Assembly (NCBI GenBank): GCA_003164135.1
Contig: PLSD01000123.1
Span: forward strand, 25,734-89,733
DNA length: 64,000 nucleotides
Direction: 5' to 3'
Source of the DNA: Acetobacteraceae bacterium
GTDB taxonomy: Bacteria; Pseudomonadota; Alphaproteobacteria; Acetobacterales; Acetobacteraceae
How positions within the stretch are numbered: the stretch's first letter is position 1; the number at the start of each line of letters is the position of its first letter. A model generated the notes under the pieces. It was not told where the DNA came from. It ran no database searches and was given only the letters and a program-made list of their open reading frames with translations. Made by a program: the position numbers and the translations under genes. Positions 51,315-61,333 of the stretch are shown piece by piece.

Positions 51315-51860
51315 TCATTTGGTCAGTGTCTTGTAGTAAAAATGTCCCGCCACCGTGGCGCCCTTCACCCGCGCATAGGCCGGATGCGTACCCCAGCGCG
51401 TAAACCCGGACGCCTCATACAGCGAGATCGCGCCTTCCTGTGTCGCGCGCACGTCCAGGTTCAACACCTGATACCCCAGGTTGCGCGCATGGTCCTCGGC
51501 GCACAGCAGCATCAGCCGCGCCAACCCATGCCCGCGCGCATAGGGCGCGACGAAGTGGTGCATCAGCGTCGCGGAAAACGCCTGCGCCTCGTTATTGCGC
51601 GAAGGCCGCACCAGTTGGATCGCGCCATAGATCACGCCGTCCATCCGGCCCACGATCAACTCGCGCTCCGGCACCAGCGCCACGCCCTTAAAATATTGTT
51701 CCACCACGCTGGCCTTCGGCGGTTTCACCCAGCCAAACCCGCCCCCGTTCAGAATTGCCGCGATTGTCGCTTCGGCGAGCGCGTGCACGTCCGCCTCATC
51801 CTCAAAGCGTTCCAGGCGTTCGGCCATCAAGGTGACCGGCGGGGGCATATCATGTTTCAC
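51315..51860 (-). CDS. GNAT-family acetyltransferase inside the his operon
   Basis: [26 protein letters not shown]; start uncertain. Confidence 0.88.
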   Translation of the reverse strand: MKHDMPPPVTLMAERLERFEDEADVHALAEATIAAILNGGGFGWVKPPKASVVEQYFKGVALVPERELIVGRMDGVIYGAIQLVRPSRNNEAQAFSATLMHHFVAPYARGHGLARLMLLCAEDHARNLGYQVLNLDVRATQEGAISLYEASGFTRWGTHPAYARVKGATVAGHFYYKTLTK

Positions 51861-51919
51861 CGCTGCCTATTCGCGCGTGCGGCCCAGGTAATCAAGTCAC
51901 CTACTGTGACGTTGTCGCT

Positions 51920-52555
51920 CTAAGGCGTCCATTCCAGGAAATTGCCGAGAATCTGCAAGCCCACCTGCTGGCTTTTCTCGGCATGGAACTGCGTCCCGGC
52001 ACGGTTGCCATGCGCCACCATCGCCACCACCGGCCCGCCGTAATCGGTCGTGGCGATAATCTGCCCCGGATCGCCCCCGGCCAGCGCGTAGGAATGCACG
52101 AAATACGCATGGTCCCCCGGCAGCAACCCATCCAGCAGCGGGTGCGAGCCGGGTTCGAACAGCAGTTCGTTCCAACCCATATGCGGCATGCGCAGGTTTG
52201 TCGCGGGCAGGGGCCTTATCTCGCCTTGCACCCAACCGAACCCCGGCGTCACCCCATGCTCCAGCCCGCGCTCGGCCATCAACTGCATACCCACGCAAAT
52301 CCCTAAAAAGGGCGCCCCCGCATCCACCCGTGCGAACATGGCCTGCTCCAACCCGTCCACCGCGGCCAGCCCGGCGGCGCAATCGGCAAACGCGCCCTGG
52401 CCCGGCAATACAATCCTATCCGCCCGCGCCACCACATCCGGGTCGGCGGTAATACGCACATCCACGCTTATGCCGCGCTGTTCCGCCGCCAGCACGAGTC
52501 CCCGCGCCGCGGAAGCCAGGTTCCCGCTGTTGTAGTCTATAACCGCGACGAGCAT
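51920..52555 (-). CDS. hisH: IGP synthase glutaminase subunit
   Basis: DYNSGNL, LPGQG, GICVG, PHMGWN, QFHAEKS. Confidence 0.96.
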   Translation of the reverse strand: MLVAVIDYNSGNLASAARGLVLAAEQRGISVDVRITADPDVVARADRIVLPGQGAFADCAAGLAAVDGLEQAMFARVDAGAPFLGICVGMQLMAERGLEHGVTPGFGWVQGEIRPLPATNLRMPHMGWNELLFEPGSHPLLDGLLPGDHAYFVHSYALAGGDPGQIIATTDYGGPVVAMVAHGNRAGTQFHAEKSQQVGLQILGNFLEWTP

Positions 52556-52635
52556 GCGCGTCCGATCGCAGAGGAGAGCGAGCCTGCTTGGCACGCGAGC
52601 CGCCGCGTGAATCGGCCGCGCCAAAACAAAACCAC

Positions 52636-53226
52636 TTAGATCACGCCCTTGGTCGAGGGTATCTGCCCCGCCGCGCGCGGTTCCATCGCCACGGCCATCT
52701 TCAGCGCCCGCGCCACGGCCTTGAACGTGGCTTCCGCGACGTGATGCGCATTCGTCCCGGCCAGTTGGCGCACATGCAGGTTGAACAAGCCGTTCCCCGC
52801 CAGCGCGCGGAAAAACTCCTCGATCAGCTGCGTGTCCATGCTGCCCAGCATCGGCCGCTCAAAGCTCACCCCCCAGGCCACAAACGGCCGCCCGGAAAGA
52901 TCCACCACCGCCTCCACCAGCGCCTCGTCCATCGGTACGGTAGCCTGGCCAAAGCGGCTGATGCCGCGTTTCACATCCAATGCGGAGCTAAACGTCTGCC
53001 CCAGCAAAATGCCCACATCCTCAACCGTGTGGTGCGCGTCGATATGCAAATCGCCCACCGCCTGGATGCTCAGGTCGAACAACCCATGCCGGCCGAAGGC
53101 GTTTAGCATATGGTCAAAAAACCCCACCCCGGTGGCGATCTCGGTCTTGCCGGTGCCATCAAGGTTCAGGCGGACCTGAATATCGGTTTCGGAAGTCTTT
53201 CTGCTCAGTTCAGATGTGCGTGTCAT
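52636..53226 (-). CDS. hisB: Imidazoleglycerol-phosphate dehydratase
   Basis: FFDHML, DAHHTVED, PMDEAL, NAHHVAE. Confidence 0.97.
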   Translation of the reverse strand: MTRTSELSRKTSETDIQVRLNLDGTGKTEIATGVGFFDHMLNAFGRHGLFDLSIQAVGDLHIDAHHTVEDVGILLGQTFSSALDVKRGISRFGQATVPMDEALVEAVVDLSGRPFVAWGVSFERPMLGSMDTQLIEEFFRALAGNGLFNLHVRQLAGTNAHHVAEATFKAVARALKMAVAMEPRAAGQIPSTKGVI

Positions 53227-53338
53227 GGCTGCTGGCCTACAACAAAGCCCCGCAAATTTAAACTGGGAAGCGCCAATTCAGGTCTCGGTTGCATATTCCG
53301 GGGTTCTCTCTCCCTGGCGGCGTGCTTAAACGCTGCGC

Positions 53339-54532
53339 ATGGCCCGGCCCGTCAGCAAAAACCTACCGATTCTCCTGGGCTTTCTCATCGCGGTCGGTCC
53401 CATGTCCACGGATATGTACCTGCCGGCCTTCCCGGCCATCGCGCGGGATCTGCACAATCCGGCGGCCCCGCAATACTCGCTGGCCGCCTATTTCATCGGC
53501 CTCGCCATCGGCCAGATGACCCAAGGCGCGCTCTCTGACCGCATCGGCCGCCGCAAGCCTCTGCTCGCCGGCCTCATCATCTACACCATTGCCAGCACCG
53601 GCTGTTGGTTGAGCTGGAACGTCGACTCCTTCATCGTGTTCCGTTTCCTCACCGCACTTGGCGCCTCCGCCGGCACCGTCATCCCGCGCGCCATGGTGCG
53701 CGACCTGGCCGATGGCCCCGCCGCCGCGAAACTGTTTTCCAAACTCATGCTTGTCATGGGCGTCGCCCCCATCGCCGCCCCCATGCTCGGCTCAGTCTGC
53801 GTGATATTCGCCAGCTGGCGGGTCATTTTCGCCGTCTGCACGCTCTACGGCGTCATCGCCACCGCGGCCATCTGGTTCCTGCTGCCCGACACCCTTCCCA
53901 TCGCGCGGCGCACCCGCATCGGCTTCATCCCCGTGCTGCTCCGCTACGCCGCCATTTTCCGCGAGCGCGCCTTCCTCAGCCACGCCTGCGTCGGCGCCTT
54001 CACCTCCGCCGCGCTGTTCGGCTATCTCGCCGCCTCACCGCAGATTTTCATCAACGCATATGGCTGGAGCACCACGGACTACGCGGCTTTTTTCGGCGTC
54101 AACTCCTTCGCCTACATCGGCTTCAACCAGTTCAACCCACCACTGGTTATGCGCTTCGGCATCGCGCGCGTCATCACCATCGCCGCCGGCATCCTGCTTA
54201 TCGCCTCCATCGGCCTCGCGGTCATGGCGTTTTTCCCGCATGGCCCGTTCCCCATAGCCGGCATGCTTACCTTGTCCGAAGCCGGCGTCGGCCTGCTGCT
54301 GCCCTGCTCCATGGTCGGCGCCCTCTCGCGCCACCAGGCCCATGCTGGCAGTGCTTCCGCCCTGCTCGGCACCATGCAATTCACCGGCGGCGCCATCACC
54401 GGCCTGCTCATGGGCGTGCTGGCCGACGGCACCGCCAGACCAATGGCCGCCGCGATGCTGCTATGCGCGGGGGCTGTGGTGCTTGCCGCCACCCTGCGCC
54501 CCAGTTTAAGTTTCTCTCCAACGGAGAGTTAG
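53339..54532 (+). CDS. Bcr/CflA-family MFS efflux transporter
   Basis: DMYLPAFP, SDRIGRR, RAMVRD, AGSASAL. Confidence 0.92.
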   Translation: MARPVSKNLPILLGFLIAVGPMSTDMYLPAFPAIARDLHNPAAPQYSLAAYFIGLAIGQMTQGALSDRIGRRKPLLAGLIIYTIASTGCWLSWNVDSFIVFRFLTALGASAGTVIPRAMVRDLADGPAAAKLFSKLMLVMGVAPIAAPMLGSVCVIFASWRVIFAVCTLYGVIATAAIWFLLPDTLPIARRTRIGFIPVLLRYAAIFRERAFLSHACVGAFTSAALFGYLAASPQIFINAYGWSTTDYAAFFGVNSFAYIGFNQFNPPLVMRFGIARVITIAAGILLIASIGLAVMAFFPHGPFPIAGMLTLSEAGVGLLLPCSMVGALSRHQAHAGSASALLGTMQFTGGAITGLLMGVLADGTARPMAAAMLLCAGAVVLAATLRPSLSFSPTES

Positions 54533-54536
54533 TAAT

Positions 54537-55274
54537 ATGACTAAGAACATCATCGGCATCCCGGCCTGCACCAAATTCATTTCCGGCTACATCCAGCACG
54601 CCACCCCGGCGCGCTATGGTGCCGCGCTAATCGCCGCGTCCGAAGGCATCCCCATCCTCATCCCGCCCGAGGGCGAGCTGATGCTCGGCCTGCTGGACCG
54701 CGTCGACGGCATCATGTTCAACGGCAGCCCCTCCAACGTCGCCCCCATGCGCTACGGCGCGGATTTTGACGCCACGCCGGACGCCCACGACCCCGAGCGC
54801 GACGCCACCACCATCCCGCTCATCCTCGCGGCGCTGGAACGCGGCATCCCCGTGCTGTGCATCTGCCGCGGCATGCAGGAACTCAACGTCGCCCTCGGCG
54901 GCACCTTGTTCCAGGAGGTCCACCTTCAACCCGGCCGCATGGACCACAGGGCAGGGGAGGGCGAGCAACGCTTCGCCGTCAAGCACGAGGTCTCGCTCAC
55001 CGGCGAACTCGCCCGCATCTCCGGTACGCAAACCATCCAGGTCAACTCCCTGCACGGCCAGGCCATCGACCAGCTCGCGTCCGGCCTCGTGGTCGAGGCC
55101 ACGGCGCCCGACGGCACCATCGAGGCCGTGCGCGTCGAGGGTGCAAAAAACTTCGCGCTGGCCGTGCAATGGCACCCGGAATGGGAGGTCACGCATTTCC
55201 CCGACCGCAAGCGCCTGTTCAACGCTTTCGGCGAGGCCTGCGCCGCCTACCATGAAACTCGCCGCTCCGTATAA
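54537..55274 (+). CDS. Gamma-glutamyl-GABA hydrolase-like (peptidase C26, PuuD family)
   Basis: GSPSNV, ICRGMQE, VNSLH.Q, QWHPE. Confidence 0.9.
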   Translation: MTKNIIGIPACTKFISGYIQHATPARYGAALIAASEGIPILIPPEGELMLGLLDRVDGIMFNGSPSNVAPMRYGADFDATPDAHDPERDATTIPLILAALERGIPVLCICRGMQELNVALGGTLFQEVHLQPGRMDHRAGEGEQRFAVKHEVSLTGELARISGTQTIQVNSLHGQAIDQLASGLVVEATAPDGTIEAVRVEGAKNFALAVQWHPEWEVTHFPDRKRLFNAFGEACAAYHETRRSV

Positions 55275-55364
55275 GTTTACCGGAAAAATCATACCGGGGG
55301 TTGCAATACCCCTCGGAATTGGCACCGGAACGTTCTATAGTTGCTCCAACGAAGGAGCCGCATC

Positions 55365-55814
55365 ATGGACATCCAGACAATCGACAGCAATTACAGCCAG
55401 TTGCAAGCGCAGGCGCAACAGACTGTCGCCGAGCTGAAGGAACTGGCGCAGAAGCTGCAAACCGCCGTCCAGGCAGGCAACCCGGACGCGCGGGAGTGGT
55501 TTCTCGACCTCAAAAGCATCGCGCTCGCCATCCAGGCGGAACAAAACCAGGTCTCCAACCTGCTTCAGTCGCTGCATAATTTTGTAGAGGCCCAAGCTCT
55601 GGCCCCGGCCGCGCCACCGCCGGCCCTCGTCCCCCAGCTGGTATCGCAGCAAATGCCGTGGGGCAACCCGCAGCCCAATTACGGCGGCTACCCGCAGCAA
55701 AACAGCGGCATGGGCGGCATCCTCGGCGGCCTGATGAACTCCGGCTTCGGCCGCGCCATCGTCACCGGCGCCGGTTTTGGCATCGGTGACGACCTCATCA
55801 ACAAAATTTTCTAA
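55365..55814 (+). CDS. Hypothetical protein (coiled coil, Pro/Gln linker, Gly-rich hydrophobic tail)
   Basis: AAGGAG RBS, normal codon usage. Confidence 0.75.
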   Translation: MDIQTIDSNYSQLQAQAQQTVAELKELAQKLQTAVQAGNPDAREWFLDLKSIALAIQAEQNQVSNLLQSLHNFVEAQALAPAAPPPALVPQLVSQQMPWGNPQPNYGGYPQQNSGMGGILGGLMNSGFGRAIVTGAGFGIGDDLINKIF

Positions 55815-57331
55815 ATGTAGTCCTCCGCGCGGGTCTCATCCCCGGCGCGGTCCGAGGCAAATGCATTCAGCGGCAGGCTCAACACCGCCGCCACCAGCGC
55901 ATTCAACACCACCGTCGCCAGCGCGATATAACTGGGCAGCGTAAAGCCCAGCACATGAAACGCCCAGATCGACCCCGCGAAATGGTTCAGCGCCACCAGC
56001 CAGGTCGCACTCACAATCCCCACCGCCCAGCCTGCCAGCAACGCCCAGCCGTTAAAAAACCGCGTGAACACCGAGAACACGATCGCCGGAAACGTCTGGA
56101 TAATCCACATGCCCCCCAGCAACTGCAACTGCACCGCATAGGTCGTCGGGATCACCAGAATAAACACCAGCGCCCCCGCCACCATCACCAGCGAGAAGCG
56201 TTTCGCAACCTTCGCCTCCCCGCTCGCCACGCTCCCGCGCACAAACTGCGAATAAATATCGCGGGTAAAAATATTCGCCGACGCAATCGCCATAATCGCG
56301 GCCGGCACCAGCGCGCCAATCGCAATCGCCCCAAACGCCACGCCCGCAAACCAGCCAGGGAAAGACTGCAACACCAGTGCGGGCACCGCGAAGCTCGTGC
56401 CATATTGCTTAAACCCGGCGGCATATTGCGGCATATCCTTCACCCCCGCCGCCACCGCCATATACCCCACCAGCGCCAGCAGCCCGAGCATAATCGAATA
56501 CGCCGGCAGCAGCACCGCATTGCGCCGGATCACCTGCGGCCCCGAGGCACTCAATATTCCCGTCGTGGTATGCGGATACAAAAATAGCGCCATCGCCGAC
56601 CCCAGCGCCAGCGTCGCATACCCGCTATAAGCCCCCGCACTCCCCGCGGGCGGTGCTGCCAGCAGCAATTTCGCGGGCGCAATCTTGGCAAATATCACCC
56701 CAAATCCACCAAGTTCCGCCGGTATCACAATCACCGCGACAATCACCGTCAGATAAATCAGCAGATCCTTCACAATCGCAATCATCGCCGGCGCCCGCAA
56801 CCCGGAGGTATAGGTAAACGCCGCCAGCACGGCAAAAGCCAAAATCAACGGCCCATGCCCAGGAATCCCCAACGCGCCGATCACCGTCTGCATGCCGATC
56901 AACTGCAGCGCGATATACGGCATGGTCGCAAAAATCCCCGTCAGCCCAATCGCCAGCGCCAGATGCTTATTGCCATACCGCCCGCGCACAAACTCCGGCC
57001 CGGTAATATACCCGTATTTATGCGCAACCTTCCAAAGTTTCGGAAACACCACATACAAAATCGGATAAATCAGCACGGTATACGGCATGGCGAAAAACCC
57101 CACCGCCCCGGCGCCGAACATCAACGCCGGAATCGCAATGAACGTATACGCCGTATACGCGTCCCCGCCGATCAGAAACCACGAAACCCAGGTACCAAAG
57201 CGCCGCCCGCCCAGCCCCCACTCCTCGATATGTTCCATATTCCCAGCATTCCACCGCGCGGCGGTAAACCCCAGCACGATCACCACCGCGATCAACGCCA
57301 AAAACACTAAGGTTGCAGCAGGATAAAGCAT
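55811..57331 (-). CDS. mctP: Solute:sodium symporter, MctP-like monocarboxylate permease
   Basis: EWGLGGRRFGTWVSWFLIGGD.YTAYTF, TMPYIALQ, YTSGLRAPA, LFLYPH. Confidence 0.85.
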   Translation of the reverse strand: MLYPAATLVFLALIAVVIVLGFTAARWNAGNMEHIEEWGLGGRRFGTWVSWFLIGGDAYTAYTFIAIPALMFGAGAVGFFAMPYTVLIYPILYVVFPKLWKVAHKYGYITGPEFVRGRYGNKHLALAIGLTGIFATMPYIALQLIGMQTVIGALGIPGHGPLILAFAVLAAFTYTSGLRAPAMIAIVKDLLIYLTVIVAVIVIPAELGGFGVIFAKIAPAKLLLAAPPAGSAGAYSGYATLALGSAMALFLYPHTTTGILSASGPQVIRRNAVLLPAYSIMLGLLALVGYMAVAAGVKDMPQYAAGFKQYGTSFAVPALVLQSFPGWFAGVAFGAIAIGALVPAAIMAIASANIFTRDIYSQFVRGSVASGEAKVAKRFSLVMVAGALVFILVIPTTYAVQLQLLGGMWIIQTFPAIVFSVFTRFFNGWALLAGWAVGIVSATWLVALNHFAGSIWAFHVLGFTLPSYIALATVVLNALVAAVLSLPLNAFASDRAGDETRAEDYI

Positions 57332-57510
57332 TACTTCTCTCCCCCATGCTCAACCCGGTAGACAATATAAATCAGCAACGAGGCCACCGGCACCATGGCA
57401 ATCTGATACCAGTAGAAAAACGGAAACCCAAACAACACCGGCGCCGCATGATTATAAAACGGCACCGCCAGCACCAGCACAAACACCAACAGCAACAGAA
57501 TTTTTATCAT
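57331..57510 (-). CDS. Small DUF3311-type membrane partner of the symporter (59 aa, absent from the ORF track)
   Basis: Own translation MIKILLLLVFVLVLAVPFYNHAAPVLFGFPFFYWYQIAMVPVASLLIYIVYRVEHGGEK*; TAATG overlap with mctP. Confidence 0.85.
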   Translation of the reverse strand: MIKILLLLVFVLVLAVPFYNHAAPVLFGFPFFYWYQIAMVPVASLLIYIVYRVEHGGEK

Positions 57511-57536
57511 TTTTAGCCCCCCAATGTCCGCTCATA

Positions 57537-58223
57537 TTACACCGTCACGGCAACAAACCCCACCACATCCGGCCGCCCCGCCGCAAACCACCATTCCGGC
57601 TCACCCGGTGGGCAGGGCAGGGCGATCAACGACGAACAAACCGTCCCAAACCCATCCTTCTCTGGAATATTCAGCGCCGTCTCCCACGCCCCGGAAGCAT
57701 CCGCCAGCAACGCCCCCCAGTCCGCAAACGCCGCCGCCTCAAACCGTGGCAGATGCCGGGCAATCCGTGGATGCGCCATATCATTGGGCTCACCCGAGGT
57801 AATCATCGTCACCCCGTCACCCAGCCGCACCACATCCAACTTCCCCTCGCCCAGCCCACGCAACAGCCAAGCCCCAGAAGCATCCGCCACCACCAGATTA
57901 AACGGCCGGTACACCCTCGCATCCAGCCCGGCCAAGACCCCAGCCGCCGCCTCGGCCGAATCCGCCGCCAGCGCCATCACCGGCAACTCCCCCCGGCTGC
58001 GTTTCCCCGCCGCCGGCCCTAGCGTCCCCGTCCGGTTCAACACCGCCGCCACCACGCCATGCCGGTTCATCCCCAGCCAAGTTCCGCCCGCCAGCCTGTC
58101 CCGCCCGGCAATCACCCCCGGCCAGAACTCCCCCGGCGCATCCCACGCGCGCTCCACCATCTCATCGCGATTGGCGCCAATAAACACGCCGTCCGCCCCA
58201 ATCCGCAAAACAATGGAACACAC
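57537..58223 (-). CDS. NRDE/TANGO2-family protein
   Basis: N-terminal MC, ANRDE, GRDRLAGGTW, SRGEL. Confidence 0.92.
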   Translation of the reverse strand: MCSIVLRIGADGVFIGANRDEMVERAWDAPGEFWPGVIAGRDRLAGGTWLGMNRHGVVAAVLNRTGTLGPAAGKRSRGELPVMALAADSAEAAAGVLAGLDARVYRPFNLVVADASGAWLLRGLGEGKLDVVRLGDGVTMITSGEPNDMAHPRIARHLPRFEAAAFADWGALLADASGAWETALNIPEKDGFGTVCSSLIALPCPPGEPEWWFAAGRPDVVGFVAVTV

Positions 58224-58234
58224 GCGCTAAAACC

Positions 58235-59566
58235 CTAGCCAAACACGCGCTTAAATATCACATCCACCTGCCCCAGATGCATCTCGGAGGCCATCGCCGC
58301 ATCAATCTGCGCAGCACTCACCCGCCCCGCCACTTCTTCATCCGCCAGCAAATTCGTCTTAAAATCCACCGCCCCCGGCTGGCCCAATTTGGTCCACGTC
58401 GCCATCGCATTGCGCTGCACGATCTTATACGCATCCTCGCGCAAAATCCCCGCCTTCGTCAGCGCCAGCAGCACCTCCCCGGAATGCACCACCCCGCCCA
58501 GGCTATCCATGTTCTCGCGCATCCGCTCCGGGTAGATCGTCAACTTATCCATCATTCCCGCCAACCGGCTCAGCGCAAAATCCAGCGTCACCGTCGTATC
58601 CGGCCCAATCCCGCGCTCGACCGAAGAGTGGCTGATATCGCGCTCATGCCACAGCGCCACATTCTCCATCGCCGGCACCACCGCCGCGCGCACCAGCCGC
58701 GCCAGCCCGCACAAATTCTCCGAGAGCACCGGATTGCGCTTATGCGGCATCGCCGAAGACCCCTTCTGCCCCGCATGGAAAAACTCCTCGGCCTCGCGCA
58801 CTTCGGAGCGCTGCAAATGCCGCACCTCCGTCGCCAGCCGCTCAATCCCGCAGGCAATCACCCCCAGCGCTGCAAAAAACGCCGCATGCCGGTCGCGCGG
58901 GATCACCTGCGTCGAAACCGGCTCCACCGCCAGCCCCAATTTCGCCGCCACATATTCCTCAACCCGCGGGTCCACATGCGCAAACGTCCCCACCGCGCCG
59001 GAAATCGCACAGGTCGCAATCTCCGCCCGCGCCGCCACCAGCCGCTCGCGGTTACGCGCAAACTCCGCATAATGCCCCGCCAGCTTCAGCCCAAAACTCG
59101 TCGGCTCGGCATGAATCCCGTGACTGCGGCCAATGGTCAGCGTATATTTATGCTCCTCGGCCCGCTTGCGCAGCGCCGCCAGCACGTCATCGATATCCGC
59201 CAGCAGCAAATCCGCCGCTTGCGTCAACTGCACCGCAAAACACGTATCCAGCACGTCGGAAGACGTCAGCCCCTGATGCACAAACCGGCTCTCCGGCCCC
59301 ACGCTCTCCGCCAGCCAGGTCAAAAACGCGATCACATCATGGCGCGTCTCGCGCTCAATCTCATCAATCCGCTCCACATCCACGGCATCGATCACCGCCA
59401 GCTTGGCCCCGCCCTTGGCACGGATCACCATCGCCGCCTCGCGCGGGATCAACCCCACCTCGGCCATCCCCTCGCACGCCAGCGCCTCGATCTCGAACCA
59501 GATCTTGTACTTGTTTTCTTGCGTCCAAATGGCGGCGGCCTGCGGGCGGCTATAACGGGGGATCAT
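58235..59566 (-). CDS. purB: Adenylosuccinate lyase
   Basis: MIPRYSR, RHDVIAF, GRSHGIHAEP, GSSAMPHKRNP. Confidence 0.98.
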   Translation of the reverse strand: MIPRYSRPQAAAIWTQENKYKIWFEIEALACEGMAEVGLIPREAAMVIRAKGGAKLAVIDAVDVERIDEIERETRHDVIAFLTWLAESVGPESRFVHQGLTSSDVLDTCFAVQLTQAADLLLADIDDVLAALRKRAEEHKYTLTIGRSHGIHAEPTSFGLKLAGHYAEFARNRERLVAARAEIATCAISGAVGTFAHVDPRVEEYVAAKLGLAVEPVSTQVIPRDRHAAFFAALGVIACGIERLATEVRHLQRSEVREAEEFFHAGQKGSSAMPHKRNPVLSENLCGLARLVRAAVVPAMENVALWHERDISHSSVERGIGPDTTVTLDFALSRLAGMMDKLTIYPERMRENMDSLGGVVHSGEVLLALTKAGILREDAYKIVQRNAMATWTKLGQPGAVDFKTNLLADEEVAGRVSAAQIDAAMASEMHLGQVDVIFKRVFG

Positions 59567-59655
59567 GGCTAACTCCTCTAGTAAAATCTCAAGGCTCCGC
59601 CTAACCTTCCGCCCCCGCATTGACAAGTCACACAGGCGCAAGTCACCTCCCCCGC

Positions 59656-60246
59656 ATGGACCTCGCCACCTTACTCCCCCTCCTCGTCATCCTCCTGCAA
59701 GTCCTGCTCATCGACCTCGTCCTGGCCGGCGACAATGCGGTGGTCATCGGCCTCGCCGTCAACGGCCTCCCCCCTGAGCAACGCCGCCGCGCCATCTGGT
59801 ACGGCATCGCCGGCGCCACCATCGTCCGCATCGCCTTTGCTTTGTTCGCGCTCAAAATGCTGCACATCCTCGGCCTCACTTTGGCCGGCGGCATCCTGCT
59901 CCTCTGGGTGGTCTGGAAATCCGCGCGCGAACTGCACAAGCCGGAGCAAACCCACACCACCAAACCAGCATCCCGCCTGCGCGCCGCGATCTGGCGCATC
60001 ATCGTGGCTGACGTCTCCATGTCGCTCGACAATGTCCTCGCCGTCGCAGGCGCCGCCCACGCCCATCCTTACGTCCTGGCGGCCGGCCTGGTGGTCTCCG
60101 TCGGCCTCATGGGCTTCGCCGCCACCCTGGTCGCGCAATTATTACAGCGTTTCCCCTGGATGGCCTGGGTTGGCATCGCAATCGTCCTATATGTATCCCT
60201 AACCATGATCCACGACGGCACCCTCCAGCTCCTCCACCACCCATGA
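59656..60246 (+). CDS. TerC/YjbE-family membrane protein
   Basis: DLVLAGDNAVVI, ADVSMSLDNVLAVAG. Confidence 0.92.
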   Translation: MDLATLLPLLVILLQVLLIDLVLAGDNAVVIGLAVNGLPPEQRRRAIWYGIAGATIVRIAFALFALKMLHILGLTLAGGILLLWVVWKSARELHKPEQTHTTKPASRLRAAIWRIIVADVSMSLDNVLAVAGAAHAHPYVLAAGLVVSVGLMGFAATLVAQLLQRFPWMAWVGIAIVLYVSLTMIHDGTLQLLHHP

Positions 60247-60256
60247 GCGACCACCC

Positions 60257-61333
60257 ATGAGCGCCAGTCTCACCACTGGCGAACAAAGCATCGCGCTCAC
60301 CGGCCCGCTCACCGCGCTCGGCCTGGGCAAGCTCTGGCCGCAAGCCATCACCGCCGCCAGCAAAGCCCATGGTACCCCCCTCACGCTGGACCTCACCGCC
60401 GTCACGGTGCTGGACACCTCCGGCGCCGCCCTCATCCTCGCCATGGAAACCGCCCATGGCGGCCCCGTCACCCTCACCGGCGCCACCCCCCGCGCCACGG
60501 CCTTGCTCACCCAACTCCGCACCGCCCTGCCGCCCCCCGGCACGCCCGCGCCAAAACCCACGCCGGAATCCGCCCCACCCCTGCTCGCCGGCGCCAAAAT
60601 CCGCATCGAATTTTTCGGCGCCACCGTCCTCGCCCTCATCGGCCTGCCGCGAAAACTCCGCTTCCTGCGCGGTGCCGACTTCTTCCGCATCGCTGACCGC
60701 GCCGGGCTGCAAGCCCTGCCGCTGGTCCTCATGCTCGGCTTCCTCATCGGCATGATTCTGGCTTTCCAGTCCGCCATCCCCATGCGCCAGTTCGGCGCCG
60801 ATCTTTACGTCGCCAACCTCGTCGCCATCTCGCTGTTCCGCGAACTCGGCCCGCTGCTGGTCGCCGTCATCCTGGCGGGCCGCACCGGTTCCGCCTTCGC
60901 CGCCGAGCTCGGCACCATGCAGGTCAACGAGGAAATCGCCGCCCTGACCACCATGGGCATCGACCCTCCCACCATGCTGGTTCTCCCCCGCATGGCCGCC
61001 GCCATGCTGGTCATGCCCGCCCTCATCGTCGCCATGGATGTCTCCGGCCTGCTCGGCATGGGCTCCGTCCTCATGTTCTTCGGCTTCCCGGCCTCGGCCA
61101 TCGTCGCCCAGATCACCGCCTCCACCGGCCCGCAGGATTTTCTCCTCGGCCTGTTCAAAGGCATGATCTTCGCCGCCGCCGTCGCCCTCATCGGCTGCCG
61201 CGCCGGCCTCACCGCCGGCAACGGCCCCCGCGCCGTGGGCGAGGCCGCCACCGCCGCGGTCGTCGGCGGTATTGTCGCCACCGTCCTGCTCGACGGCTTG
61301 TTCGCCGTCATGTCCTACCGGCTGGGCCTCTAA
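60257..61333 (+). CDS. MlaE-family ABC permease with N-terminal STAS domain
   Basis: LDTSG STAS motif; RELGPLL, GRTGSAFAAELGTM..EE. Confidence 0.92.
   Translation: MSASLTTGEQSIALTGPLTALGLGKLWPQAITAASKAHGTPLTLDLTAVTVLDTSGAALILAMETAHGGPVTLTGATPRATALLTQLRTALPPPGTPAPKPTPESAPPLLAGAKIRIEFFGATVLALIGLPRKLRFLRGADFFRIADRAGLQALPLVLMLGFLIGMILAFQSAIPMRQFGADLYVANLVAISLFRELGPLLVAVILAGRTGSAFAAELGTMQVNEEIAALTTMGIDPPTMLVLPRMAAAMLVMPALIVAMDVSGLLGMGSVLMFFGFPASAIVAQITASTGPQDFLLGLFKGMIFAAAVALIGCRAGLTAGNGPRAVGEAATAAVVGGIVATVLLDGLFAVMSYRLGL

Noticed and set aside
51315-51860. GNAT gene inside the his operon as a novelty
   Set aside because: To my recollection this arrangement is common in Rhodospirillales/Acetobacteraceae
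59567-59655. yybP-ykoY riboswitch ahead of the TerC-family gene
   Set aside because: The 89-bp divergent spacer is short and shows no recognisable aptamer motifs
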